The notes under the pieces: generated by a model
What the model was told of the DNA's origin: nothing
Databases searched by the model: none
What the model saw: the letters and a program-made list of their open reading frames with translations, nothing else
Assembly: GCA_012295275.1 (NCBI GenBank)
Contig: CM022673.1
Coordinates: 1,488,001 to 1,552,000, forward strand
Direction of reading: 5' to 3'
DNA from: Chrysomallon squamiferum
Lineage: Eukaryota; Animalia; Mollusca
Length of the DNA stretch: 64,000 nucleotides
In this document: positions 38,954 to 58,954 of the stretch, one piece after another
How positions within the stretch are numbered: the first letter of the stretch is position 1
Layout of the letters: each line of letters opens with the position of its first letter
Program-made: the position numbers and the translations under genes

Positions 38954-40243
38954 CATACCTCAATGAATTTATTTAGAATAAATGTTCTGAAAAAGAACAA
39001 GTTTTTCATTCAGAAAGAGATTCTACTGAAGTAGCAATTTTATGGATACACTTTTACAAATTTCAGTGCAGAAATTTGTCACCTACCAAAAGCAGTTTGA
39101 AGTTCTACACTGATAAAAAAGAAAAAACAAAGAAAAATAATAAACTAATTTTAGCATTTTTCTGTTAAATAAAACAATTTATTGTTTTAACCTGTTTTGA
39201 ACTTTATCAATTTACTTATTTTATTTTTAAAGAAAAACATATCTTAAAATATTAAACACCAAAGGCTTTGCATTGATTTTAATTTATTGTGAATAACTTG
39301 AGGTTAGCAATTTGTCAATTAACAAGTTGATTTTCCCCAATGCTTTTAATACTGCATTTTATTGATTTACCCATCTTTTTCTTTTTGTAAATACATAGAC
39401 TAAAATTACCTTCTACTATCCTTTCAGTGAAAATTAAAAGAAATTAGTGGATAGCCTACTTTTTTATTAAGAGAATTTTTTTTTTTTTTTTAATGGATGT
39501 AGAAGTACATGCATTTGCTTTATTAGCAATTTCATATTTTGTTAGTGACATTTTCTTTTTCTCATACATGCATCTTTTAATGAAATACAAATTGCATGCT
39601 TGTGATATTTTAAATTTTTCAACATAAATCTGAAATAAATATTTTGATACAAATTTTTTGTCTGTTTTTTATTTCAACACTGTGAAGTAATAATCTTCTA
39701 CAAGATTAAAATCAGTTTCACTTAGTTGTTGCTGAAATTTTGTATTGTATTACTAAAGCCAACAATGCTAGTTACATATTTATATGCAATTTTAAAAACA
39801 AATTAACAAACAATAAAACAGATTAAATACAATTTAATTTATTCAAAGAGCAGAAATTTATAGAATATTATTTTGCTGATCTTTGGTTTTGTAAAGAAAA
39901 AAAATCAAAACTATAAAAAGTATAAATCATTATAAAGGCAAACAGTGGATGAAAGAAACTGTAAATTGTTTATAAATTTATAATCTGATGTATACTCTAA
40001 ATTATTTATTTATAAAAATCCATGTTTCCACAATAAACCTTGACATTATTACTGCAAAATAACTGACAGAAAATTTTTTAAAAAAAAACAAAAATGCTTG
40101 CATTGTAGTGCACAAAAGAAATGTTCTATACAATGATGATAATTTGATCCAGTCAAATAATCAAAAAGAATCATGTAACAGTCTGGACAAAAGGACAAGA
40201 AAGAAATGATTTCTAGCTTTCTAGCTTTATCCTAGCAACACAT

Positions 40244-46154
<5,911 letters not shown>

Positions 46155-46999
46155 TTCTACTTCGGTTGTATCTCGTGAATTTCTGCCACCGGCTGAAAGT
46201 GTTCAAATGGAGTTATCGTTCTTGGAAAGCTACCTGTAATCAATAGTTTAATAACTTTTTCTCATTTCTACAGTTTCATTAACTGGTTTTCTACAATATT
46301 CTAAAATAAAGTCCCTTGCTTCACCTTTGACATATGTTTTGAGAAAATATTGAATTTCAGTCATGGGATATAAAATGTTTGACGAATGGCGTGCACGTGT
46401 GTGCGCGCCTGTATTGTATGTGCGTGCGTGTGTGTGTGTGCGTGCGTGCGTGTGTATGTGAAAGACAGAATTATCGACATTTACTGATTTAAAAAATATA
46501 TATTTTGTCCATAAATTTAACATAAACTGTAATGCATAATTTCTCAACATATTATTTATTTATTTATTAATTTATTTATTGATTTTTATTTTATTAAAGA
46601 AGAGACGCATCATTTTATTTTATTTTTTTTTATTTAATTGCGATAATTAATACAATGGAAATTTACATAATAATAATAATAATAATAAAAAAATAATAAT
46701 AAAAAAAAAAAAAAAAAAAAAAGGTCAAAAGGGACATAATTCATACAGTCATAAAAAAGGGGGTAAAACAGGTAACTTATATTTGCTTCCCTTCCCACGA
46801 TTTGAATCACATAATTATATTAATTACCGTTTTTCTCTTGTTTTCATTACCGTTGCTCACATGTTTTTTCTCTTATTCACTGATGTATGTATGTTGCATC
46901 GCCATTTACCAATGACAAACTTCAAAAATAGCGCTGTTCTTTCTGCATAATTATGCGTTTTTTTAAAAATCTACATAAAATAAATACGTGTACAAACAA

Positions 47000-47021
47000 A
47001 CATATGTACATACATACATAC

Positions 47022-47095
<74 letters not shown>
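47000..47095. repeat. (CATA)n/(TA)n compound microsatellite
   Basis: CATA units grade into a long TA run. Confidence 0.9.
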
Positions 47096-47099
<4 letters not shown>

Positions 47100-48956
47100 C
47101 GTATGGACGTAGGCCTGCATAAAACTTATACATAGACAAAAACAAATACAGATAACCTAGACACATGAACACAGAAGAAACTTTCACAAACACAAGATTC
47201 CTTGTTAATGCGATGGTTAGCGGTTTTTCTATCTCAAGTCATTATACAAAACCTATATATCTCACATCCATTAACATCTAAATTTTAATATTCAGTCATT
47301 TTGTTACACGTTAAATATCTGCCATATACACAGTTGAATCTAAAAGTTAATAGGAGATTTATACAACACTGCATTTTTGAAATTAATTTATTAAACGTGC
47401 ATTATGGGCACACTTCACAAGTTAATGCACAATGCATGACATTCAGGCGCAGTTGCCTCCCTTAATACACTCTTCTTCTGTTACAGCAATTCAAAACTGA
47501 GACAGTGCAATGGCTTTTAGTTTTATTTAAAAAAAAAAAAATAAAGTTAGGAGAAATTGTCTGTAAAACTTTATTTATATATTTTGTTTTTCCTTCCTAA
47601 ACTGCTGAAGGGTTTGCTTCAGATAAAATTAATGTGTAAATTCGTCGATTAGTTTGACGTAGCAAGAACATTTGCAGTAGTAAAAATTTGTCAAAACTGT
47701 GTGCAAAACTTATTTCTAATTATATTTAGTCTCTGTTTTTATTTTTACTTCTTATCTTTATTTTTATTTTTTATAGTAGGAACGAAAATAATCAAATAGC
47801 ATAATCGTTTTAAGTACAGACCGGAAATAGTGTACAAATAGAATATAGAATTAAAATCGGTTTGATATATGTAATGTTGATATGATGATATTAGCAGTTT
47901 TAACAAAATGGTTTGTCTGTGCCTTATGTTTCTCTAAAACAAGTAGGAGCAGCAATGGTTGTAGTAGTAGTAACAGTAGTAACTATAGCAGTGGTCGTCG
48001 TTGTTATTGTTGTTGTAACAACAATTAATCACCATAACAACATAATTAATTATAATATCAACAATAATGATATAAAGATGAACGCATGTATGAATTATTT
48101 CTCTCTATTTTATTTATAATTGAAAATGTATTTTATTCAAACAGTGATATTTTAACTGATCTGTGAGTCATTTCAAAGGTAACTTCAGAATTACAGAGTT
48201 CACAAATCATTAAAAAATAAATTAGACTCTGATCATATGCAAATAAGTCATTACAATTTTTATTATTATTGTTATTTGTTTACTTCTGAAGATAAAGATT
48301 ACATCTAAAATTATTTTTACAAATTACTTTAAAATGTAATTTTAGCAGAATGAACTCGGCAACACCAGTCTTTGTCAGTTTATTTCAAAGCCACAATAAA
48401 CGAACTGCATGAAAAATATATTATCAACCACCACAATTTTCAGTTGGTATAAGGAAATTACTTTTCTTCCGATTTGAATGAAATATCTTTTAAGAATTCG
48501 CGTTTCCATTTAGTGTCAAACGTGACATCCATTAATTTGTAAGTATCTTATTTAATACTGTGTGAATTTATGGGATATTGATGGTAAATCTTTGTCGTGA
48601 TGTGCATTCGTATTAACGTATTTCTGAGAGTTGCCCGTTGCAAGCGGAGTGACACCGCTTTCGTGAGTACAAACCATTCCGTGTGTTGTAACGTGGCCCA
48701 CCTTTGGCGTCTCAGTTTTCCTACTCTCCACTGAGGTACTGTTAAGAGTCTGCAGCCATTATATTTTATTGCCATTTAGTAACAAAAGCCGCTTGTGTAG
48801 CTAGAACATTTAGATAGAAAAACAACACAAAAAAAAAAAAAAAAAAAAAAAAAAGAACGACATAAAAATAACAAAGTCGTTATTTTAAAGAAAATAAGAC
48901 AATGAAAAAAAATATATATATAATAATAACGGTGAAAAGTAAATTGAGTTTATGCC

Positions 48957-49028
<72 letters not shown>

Positions 49029-49307
49029 ACAAAATAAAATAAAATATATAAATCATAATTTTTTTTAAACAAAATCAAAATATTAAAAGAAATTAAAGAT
49101 ATTTATGTTACTTACAGATATAAAAATAAATAATAAAAATTAAATTTGAAAAATGTCTTCCAAATCTTTGTGCATATAAAGAAATGCCTCTTAGTGCGAA
49201 GAAATTAGCATTTATATTGTTACAAGTTAGGTATAACAATGATATAATCTTTACATATCTTATCGTTTACTACCGTCATGAAGCTTGTCTAAACACACAC
49301 AGTTAAT

Positions 49308-49600
49308 ACATAGATATATACACACAATTATATACATACACACACACACATATATATATACATACATACACACATACACACACACATATATATACATACA
49401 TATACACACATATATACATACATACACATATACATACACACACATACACACATATATACATACACACATACATACACGTACATACATACACGTACATACA
49501 TGCATACCCATACATACATATACATACGTACATATATGTACATACACATACACACACATACATACATGCATACTCACATACACAGACATACATACATACA
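49308..49600. repeat. Degenerate (CA)/(CATA)/(TA) low-complexity tract
   Basis: Mixed CA/TA repeats; this tract explains several spurious ORFs. A similar tract lies at ~62157-62490. Confidence 0.9.
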
Positions 49601-49640
<40 letters not shown>

Positions 49641-50139
49641 CAGCCAAAGATGGCAAAGACCGAGAATAGTCACATTTTGAATTTCCTTGTGTTGTAATTT
49701 TTTCTCCACTCTTCAGTCAGAGAAGTATTCACGTCTGCTTGTCGTGAACACGTGTCTTCTGACGTCAGCACCACGGAATTCTGACCGACACAGCCCAGCA
49801 GTTATCTGATATCTAATCTATTAGTTTCCATTATCTCATTATTCAATTATACTTACATGGATTTTCTATTCCAGTCTTTTCTTCTTTCATTCTTCTTAAC
49901 CTTTTTATTTTTGTTTTTATTTTTTTATTTGTTAAAATAAAAGTGTTTACAAAAAATCGTTAGGGTATAGATTTTTTTTATTATTATTATCGTAACTGTT
50001 ATTTTTGTAAAGAAACTATTACTAAAAGCAGTCTATAGATTAACTTAACTGTACAGTGTTTTGCAATAAAACCATTTATTGATGTTTCATTTTTATTTAT
50101 CTCTACGAATACAGGCCAGTTTACGTATATATAATTTGA

Positions 50140-50245
<106 letters not shown>

Positions 50246-50840
50246 AAAATAAAATGATTAGTAAATGAGAAGCCTAATAACAGCTACAGAAAGAAGCCAA
50301 CAAGAAGTTAAAACCAACTTAAGCACACACACACCTTGCTCAACACCGAAGCAAACATGCACTTATATCCAAATCTATTTATTTAGAGATATAATAGTGT
50401 ATATTTTTTTCCCTGTCTATTCTTCCCTTCTCAGCCATTCACCCTTCGTTCTCTCATCCATCCATTCGTCCCTTCTGACTCCTTTACACGTTCCTTTGGA
50501 GGGATGATCCAGACGAGAACCGGAAAGGAACCATCTGGCAGAAGACAGCACATGACAGGAAGATGTGTAAACGGAACACCACAGCTGTGTACTGTTGATT
50601 GTTGATCCGTCCCGTGTTTCCTGTTGTATGTCTTTCTTTGAATCCTGTATCAGTTATGGTAAAAAAATAAACAAAATATTGTCTTCCCATAATTAAACAT
50701 TTTACGAAACAATTTATTAGCTCTGACCTGTGACCTTGCTTTATGTCAGTCTAATGCTGTAATCAACGAATCTTTTACATAAACCTTACACCACCAATAA
50801 CAACAACAAATAATAATAATAAAATAAAATATAATAATAA

Positions 50841-50872
<32 letters not shown>

Positions 50873-50889
50873 ATAAACTATAATAATAA

Positions 50890-50921
<32 letters not shown>

Positions 50922-52102
50922 AATAATAAAATAAAAGCTCCAAAACACCGCATAACGACAGAGTAGGATAAAGTGCATAGTAAAAAGTTTATTGATTAGA
51001 CTGTACTGGCTAGTCATTTTCGCCCCTTTAATAACCGCCTGTAATTTGATACTGAAGCCGATCAAACAAAAGACATGATTAGCAGATTTTGTTTTTGTGT
51101 CATTTAATATACAATAAAGTTGTTTGACAACGTTCATACATCAAAATTAACACATGTTTACTAACATGGTTTTAATGATGGCAGGCAACTGAGATGAAAA
51201 ACACACAATCAAATAACGAAATTAACAAAATAGTTGCTAACCGCTCTTGATTGTTATTGTTTAATATAAAATGATGTGCTATTTAAGCATTTTGACCAGA
51301 ATTTCTTATTCTGTTGATAGCCATCTATAGCAAACAGAATTTACAACGCATTTTGAATTTGCTTATTGTGTTACAATGCTTTACTCATGTACAGACACAC
51401 ACCGAAGATCCTGGGACTGGCAACATTTGGTAAGAAATATAAATAGCATAGTCAATATTATGGTCTGTATTTTCTTTGTCTCTTCTTAGGTTTCATCATA
51501 ATATTAGGTTTCGGCCAGCAGTATGCGATGCATTTGAAGATGTCAACTCCACAAAGAAAAGAAAAAAAAGAAAAAAAAAGTCATCTTCGAGATAAGTGTG
51601 AAATATGAGTTTTCAGCTAGTTAACAGCAAAAATATATCAGTAAGAAAGTAATTTAAAAAAAAAAAAAAAAAAAGTACATAATTAAAAATACAAGTAAGT
51701 CTGTAATAATAATAATTATAATAAAGACGAAGAAGAAGAAGAAGATAAAAAGATGGCGATCAGGTGTCTTCAGTCTCAAATGGGAGTTAACTCTGTCTTT
51801 GAAGAAACTCGTCGAGAATCTCTCAGTGTGTATCAGATGACAGTAAACGTAGCCACAGTCTTTACGTATCAGATAACGTTATTCAGTGTGTAACGTATTT
51901 TACGGCAGAGTATGAAGATGTTTCTTATCCCAACTAGTCACCTGACTCAAAGCACTCCTGCTACATGCGTTTTGAAAAGATATACTTCTGTAGCCATATA
52001 TATATATATATATTTATGTATGTATGTATACCGTATTAAATATATTATTTTAAACTAGTAACAAGTGTCTTATATTTAAAGGAAAGGAAAGGAGAGAGAG
52101 AG

Positions 52103-52193
<91 letters not shown>

Positions 52194-54300
52194 AATATGA
52201 AATAATAAACATTTCAGGATGCATTAAGGCTGAGGTATTGTTTTACCGTTTTTAATGCGTGAGAACGATTATTTATATTTTTTTTCAACTTTTTATTTAC
52301 GAAATGTAGACAAGATAAAAAGTAAATTGTCGTTTCCTATAATGCTACAGTTAATAACTTATACGCTTGCATTTTTATAATTATTATACACCATGGGCAA
52401 GAAAATCTAGCATAACTGATATATATTTTTTAAAGTCAAGCAATGCAAAAGTGTGCGGAATCTTAAAGCCAATTTCGATTAATAATGTTTACGTCTTGAG
52501 AAAGACCGGCGAAAGGTCAAACGATTTTAATGTCGGGATTTGTAGAATAAACACAGCGCAAGTTCGTAATTTCCACCTGTTTTATAGAAGCATTGAAGAA
52601 AAAGCAAGCGAGACGAGGAGATAATCATATTCGTGATAATATTGGATTGTTTTCTATCTCCGTAGTCGTTCCATGCGCGTGGATTTTGTCACAGTCTGCT
52701 GATTTTGATGATGGCGTCTTTTGATTTGCTCTTTACATATCTTCTTGCAGTAAATCAATTAACTTTAACAATGAGTTTAGAGGTCTTTACAATTTCGTTA
52801 TCAGGCTGTCAGCAGCAGGCTAAGCTTCTTAAATCCAAACAGTTATGAATTAATTGTGTATCCATGAAAGCCTCGCATTGCTACAGTAAGAGACAATTGT
52901 ATCGATGGTCCGACTGCTACTGCTGGTTTTAGTATACATGATACGGATATGATACTTCCCGTGTCATATTTTCATGAAAATGTTTGTTGCGGAACACCAG
53001 AGGCAAACAACGAGGTTTTAACAGTAATAATGGAGGGATTTAGGCAAAAGCATTGCTCTTTCTCTGCTAAAACCATAGATTTCTCGAGTGGAATCGAATG
53101 CTTCAGGCGTAAAATTGGATATTACAAACCCTGCGTGAATTCAGTTGATTAGCATCTGTCAAAAGAAGCATGGAAATTGGAATCCAAACATCGTTGATAA
53201 AACGCATTTTATCTCAAGCGATATTTTTCTCTCTGAAATCAAGGACATACGTAGAAAACAGAGTTCTCAGACAACTCGTTGACTGTTAATGCACTGTCAT
53301 TTGGGAATAAAAGAACACCAAACCCTTTCTTCTCAATATACTGAAGTGGATACAGCTGATGCTGAATTCTAACAGGCCTAAGAAGGGCAATTTGGGCAGT
53401 CATGATATTTGTAAGAACTGAGTAGAGTGCAGATTATAATACATACAGTTTGCAAGCTCTATCGATTTATTAAATAAATAAATAAATAGAAAACTAGAGT
53501 AGTAATGACTGCCGCCATATGACGTTTGTTAACATTCCATAACTGGAATACTTGCTATCGTATTTGAGAAAGGACGTATATGTACATGTTTTAAAACACT
53601 TCTTTTTATTCATCTTTTGATGATTGATAATAGTTATAATTATTATAACCGTTATACTACCACCCATGGTATCATCAGATAAACATATAATGATTATTCT
53701 TTTTCCTTCTTCTTTTTTTCTTAATCGTGAAGAAAAAAAATCCCCACTATAATAAACTTAAGTATTCACCTGCACCACTGAAATACCGAGAGTGTAATTA
53801 AAGGATTTTTAAAATTGCAAAGTTAGCTCAGTTCTAGGATATTAGTTGACAGCATGCTTGAACGCGTAGATATTCAAGTAACAAAAAATTTACCCTTTTA
53901 AAGTCATTATCTAATCACAGGAAGTCAAAAACCGACAGACTAATTACAGATTACATTGTGCCGTGCGAGGTATGACGTCACTGGTGTTTGTGTATCACGT
54001 GTCGCCACTTTGTTGGAGGTGAAATGATTTTGAGTGTACAGTCCTTAACAGTTACTTCGAAAATTTCATGAATTCCATTCCAACAGCAGGGTACGATCAA
54101 AAACACAGTATTTTCACAATTTGGCGTTGGTTTCATATAATCGCAAAATCAACAGGCAATGAGCGAAAGTTTTTGTTTTAGCTTAATACTATAAAACATA
54201 TATTTAACATAAGCTATACAACAGCAATTACTACTACTATTTCTTCTACTACTACTACTACGTCTACTACTACTAGTAATAATAACAACAACAACAACAT

Positions 54301-54331
<31 letters not shown>

Positions 54332-54336
<5 letters not shown>

Positions 54337-55287
54337 TACCTACAGTACTATGTATCTAGTATACCTACAGTACTATGTATCTGGTATACCTACAGTACTA
54401 TGTATATAGTATACCTACAGTACTATGTATCTGGTATCCCTACAGTGCTATGTATCTGGTATCCCTACAGTACTATGTATCTGTATCCCTACAGGTATCT
54501 AGTATCCTACACAGTACTATGTATATAGTATATGTACTAGTATCCACACTGTACTATGTATCTAGTATACCTACAGTACTATGTATCTGGTATCCCTACA
54601 GTACTATGTATCTAGTATCCTACAGTACTATGTATCTGGTATCCCTACAGTACTATGTATCTAGTATCCTACAGTACTATGTATCTAGTATACCTACAGT
54701 ACTATGTATCTAGTATACCTACAGTACTATGTATCTAGTATACCTACAGTACTATGTATCTAGTATCCCTACAGTACTATGTATCTGGTATCCCTACTGT
54801 ATTATGTATCTAGTATACCTACATTACCTACGTATTACTATGTATGTATCTAGTATATCCCTACAGTACTATGTATCTGGTATCCCTACAGTACTATGTA
54901 TCTGGTATACCTACAGTGCCGTGTATCTAGTATCCCTACAGTACTATGTATCTAGTATCCCCTATCAGTACTATGTATCTAGTATCCCTACTGGTAACCT
55001 ACTATGTATCTGGTATACCTACAGTACTATGTATCTGGTATACCTACAGTACTATGTATCTGGTATCCCTACAGTACTATGTATCTAGTATCCCTACAGT
55101 ACTATGTATCTGGTATCCCTACAGTACTATGTATCTGGTATACCTACAGTACGATGTATCTGGTATCCCTACAGTACTATGTATCTAGTATCCCTACAGT
55201 ACTATGTATCTAGTATACCTACAGTACTATGTATCTGGTATCCCTACTGTATTATGTATCCGAACAGTACTACGTATCTAGTATCCT
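54332..55287. repeat. 25-bp minisatellite array (~38 units by length)
   Basis: Unit tatct(a/g)gtat(a/c)cctacagtactatg. It begins directly after a (TA)n tract and ends before a CpG-rich segment. Confidence 0.93.
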
Positions 55288-55535
55288 CTGCTTTTGCTTA
55301 CATTAACCGGGCGGGCGACGCGTTCTCGACCACACGGCGCATTGTGCTGTGTTCAGTGGACCTTTCCTTGGATCGATCGACTGCTACTGGTTCCCGTGCA
55401 AAAACACAAAAATACAGGTTAACTGTTTAATACTCGACGGGTTCACCCAATTCAGAGTAAATAAATATCACAGGCTTTACTGTATGTGTGGCATTCTAGT
55501 TTCACAGATCGGTCGGACATGCCTTAGAGAGGAGG

Positions 55536-55567
<32 letters not shown>

Positions 55568-56099
55568 TCAATGAATTTATTGCAAGAAGTAACTTGAAAA
55601 AAAAAAAAAAAAAAAAAAAAAAGGCACCCCCTTAGCTACTTACTACTACCTTTTGAATTGAAGTTATTTTTATCGTCCGTCGGAAGATGCCAGCTGGATA
55701 AAGATTTTTTTTAAAATATGCATAATGTTCATACACCGAGCAGACGGTAGATCAGTAAATATTTTTCGATATACTGAATCTTTTTGTTGTGCCCTGTACA
55801 CAGTATATTCTTTGTGCGGAAAGACTAGGGGATTTTTTAAAATGTATTTTTGGAGGATTACTGTGGTTACTCGGGTGTCTGACTCGTGCGATAGTCTGTG
55901 ATACACAACACGCCATCGGATTAATAAGATATTCAACAAACTCGACATTTCCACCCGTCGGTCACCGGTGAAGAATGGAGGCATATAATGTGCCAGGATA
56001 TAGATACAATGTCCCGCGTGTGCTTTGAGTAAACAAGAAAAGTTTGTACCGTTTGGCATTAATCCATATGACAGACGATGGGAAGAGCTCGGCTTTGGT

Positions 56100-56200
56100 T
56101 ATTATTATTATTTTTTTTTTAAATGTTCCAGCCAATGGAAATTTAGCTGCGTTCATTGTAGCCAATCAGAATTGCCGGACAGCACGCTGAGCTGTTACGT
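56100..56200 (+). promoter_or_regulatory. Putative FAM124 promoter with paired CCAAT boxes
   Basis: GCCAATGG at ~56131 and GCCAATCAG at 56161, ~30 bp apart in a CpG-rich context, ~280 bp upstream of the ATG. Confidence 0.45.
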
Positions 56201-56438
56201 ATAGGTTACATAGCTTGATATTTATTACTGTCTTACGTCAATAGTAATTTGTATTTGTCAAATGATGGCACTATCATCGTAACATAATCATTTAACAGTT
56301 GAACATTCCCACTCATTGTTTTATTTTTAACTGCAGTACAGAAGTAATAAAAGAAAAAAGGAGAAGAAAGAAGGAAGAGAATAGGTATAAACTTGATTAC
56401 GTTACTCAGGTAATTCTTATAATGTGTGATGTTCAATA

Positions 56439-57962
56439 ATGGAACTGTATACTGTTGAGGATGAGCTAAGTAACGACCCGTACAAGTGTTTTTTAACAGT
56501 CCAGGAAAACACTCGACTAGTCAAACAATTCCTCTGTCCTCTACTAGAGTGGATAGACCCAAATATGAGGATGATTAGAATCGCCGAGGACTCGGGAACA
56601 GAAACTCGTCCATTCTCTACATCAGACGTCAAACGTTTCCCGGTTTCTACGACAGAGAGTAGTAATTCATCAGAAGAGCGAACTCGCCAGAGTCCAGCTC
56701 TCGTCACCCCATCTCTAGCTGTGATGTTATTTCTGTCAGAAACCGGAGATTTCAGCCACGACAAGGCGAGACGCAGACTTCTCAGTCATCCCTGGAAGTT
56801 ACACCACTCAATAGAGCTGTCCAATAAATGGTCTGAAACCGTAGCAGGACGTCAGGACTTCTACTCTTTGAGCAGCAGCCTCCCGCTTTGCTCTGTCTGT
56901 GCTGTATGCGGGTCCTCGGAAATACTTCGCTTCACCTTGTTTGTCAGTGATTTCGTTTCGATGGTGGAATTCTACAGGATCATAACTGACTGCGAAATGG
57001 AAAGTCAGAAACCAGGGTTCTGCATCTTTCCACTCTACAGCCAGCCTGGGTTTCGAATCGAGCTGTGTTTGAAATTTCATAGACATCTGAAACCGTACCC
57101 TTTACCAACTGCCTATATGACATTTAAAATACGGAATATTAAAGCTTTGAAAGATATTTTGTCTGTGAATGTTAGAGAAATCAGTAGAAATATGTACGCT
57201 GTTAAAGATCCTGAAGGGAATTTAATTGTTCTACATGATGTGAGTCCAGGTTTGCATACTCCATTACCGTCTTCTGATAACGAACATGCTAATGTCGTCA
57301 CTTCTGACATCACTAGTCTTAAGAGTGGATCTGACAGTCACGATCACGATTCGGGGCGATTTTCTGACAGTGATATTTGTGATAGTGAACCTGTGTCTTG
57401 TGAAAACTTAAATTATCACCTAGACAAACGACCGAAAGCTGCTAGTGTGAACTATTCTGGGAGAAAAGATCGACACAACAAACACACTCTTTTTTCGAAA
57501 GCACACAATTTGGAAAGTAACTGTAGGAAAAAGACGTATCTAAATGACGTCTCGGATTCCACGTGCAAGTGCAATAAAAACAAGGACCGCTTTGATTTCG
57601 CGGAAAAACACGACGAGACAGAGTTTCGGAGATGTGCACCATCATCATCATCGTCGTTGAGGTCGTCATCACAGCTGAAGGGGTCACCCGAAACTCGCTT
57701 GACGGATGCGAATTATCACGAAGGCTTAAGAAACAACTGTGAATGTGACGTTGCGGGATTGGACGCCAGATCTAAACGTCAATTAGCGTCCGAGGTCGAC
57801 CGTAAAACCAGCGATAAGATTGTCAGAGACGACACCACCGCGACACGCCATCACAACCACGACGCTGACGTTTCTGGCCGCCGTTCAGAATTGTGTTCGG
57901 AGGGTAAAGAAGTGCATTCGCGAAGAACACCTCCTTCTAAACAAAAAGCTGTTCTGATTTGA
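56439..57962 (+). CDS. FAM124: FAM124-family protein, 507 aa, single coding exon
   Basis: Uninterrupted ORF. Motifs PLLEWIDP, PSLAVMLFLSE, HPWKLHHSIEL, QDFYSL, EILRFTLF...MVEFYRII, GFCIFPLYSQ...IELCLK and KDPEGNLIVL resemble FAM124A/B; low-complexity C-terminal tail. Confidence 0.85.
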   Translation: MELYTVEDELSNDPYKCFLTVQENTRLVKQFLCPLLEWIDPNMRMIRIAEDSGTETRPFSTSDVKRFPVSTTESSNSSEERTRQSPALVTPSLAVMLFLSETGDFSHDKARRRLLSHPWKLHHSIELSNKWSETVAGRQDFYSLSSSLPLCSVCAVCGSSEILRFTLFVSDFVSMVEFYRIITDCEMESQKPGFCIFPLYSQPGFRIELCLKFHRHLKPYPLPTAYMTFKIRNIKALKDILSVNVREISRNMYAVKDPEGNLIVLHDVSPGLHTPLPSSDNEHANVVTSDITSLKSGSDSHDHDSGRFSDSDICDSEPVSCENLNYHLDKRPKAASVNYSGRKDRHNKHTLFSKAHNLESNCRKKTYLNDVSDSTCKCNKNKDRFDFAEKHDETEFRRCAPSSSSSLRSSSQLKGSPETRLTDANYHEGLRNNCECDVAGLDARSKRQLASEVDRKTSDKIVRDDTTATRHHNHDADVSGRRSELCSEGKEVHSRRTPPSKQKAVLI

Positions 57963-58651
57963 GTGTTGTTACTCTAAGCATACGTATATAAAAAAGATGT
58001 GTGAGATAACACAGTTTTAGAGGTACGCGATACATCTGTCATTATGTAGCAAACAGGTCGGTAAATAATAATACAATGGTAAAGGGTCACGCCGTTTTGA
58101 AATAAAACCTCAAGCATATCTAGTGTTTATTTAGATTAACGAACCTTGGCAAAGGCGGGTACCATGACTTTTTTTTTTCTTAAATTGTTATATTTCGTTA
58201 AGCCCTCAGGATATTTAGTTTCAGATGAATCCTGGCATGTTTGCAGAAACGTTTTAAGATGAACGATTCAACAGTGTTTTTAATCATTTTACCGACGGTT
58301 GAGTCGATACAAAAAATAACAAAAATAATTTTAAAAAATCACTAAGTAAATATCAAACAAAAACGCAGAAATACATTTTGTTTTGAAATATATGTATTTT
58401 TGATTTTTTTTTTTTTTCTGTCTTTATGAGGTGTGAAAAAAGCAAGTACATAAATATTGGTCTTTGTACGCCCTTGACAAATGACGATATTTTCTTTAAT
58501 AGTTCTTGTTTACAGACAGTATCAGGTTTAAGGACGGTCTATGTGTGAAAGGGTGGTGAGAGATTTATGTCTTCTAAGTAAATACCTGATGCATTTAACA
58601 GGCTTCGTTGATTTAATTGTTACTGACTAAAATTCTACTGTAAACAGCAGT

Positions 58652-58683
<32 letters not shown>

Positions 58684-58684
58684 A

Positions 58685-58727
<43 letters not shown>

Positions 58728-58837
58728 GTAATAACTGTAATAATAAATAATACAGAAAAAAAACAACCAGAAATATGATTCCCCTTTTTACGATATTTGT
58801 TACATTATAAATTAATCTCTCTGTCTCTCTCTCTCTT

Positions 58838-58954
<117 letters not shown>

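Noticed and set aside
49260-49709. ORFs rich in YVCM/HTYI, and similar poly-Y, poly-RE and poly-I ORFs elsewhere (4401, 5207, 6666, 10668, 46953, 58627, 59998, 62072)
   Set aside because: Microsatellite artefacts.
54375-55430. Several overlapping ORFs (MYLVSLQYYVSSIPTVLCI...)
   Set aside because: They are translations of the 25-bp minisatellite, with no spacers or splice support.
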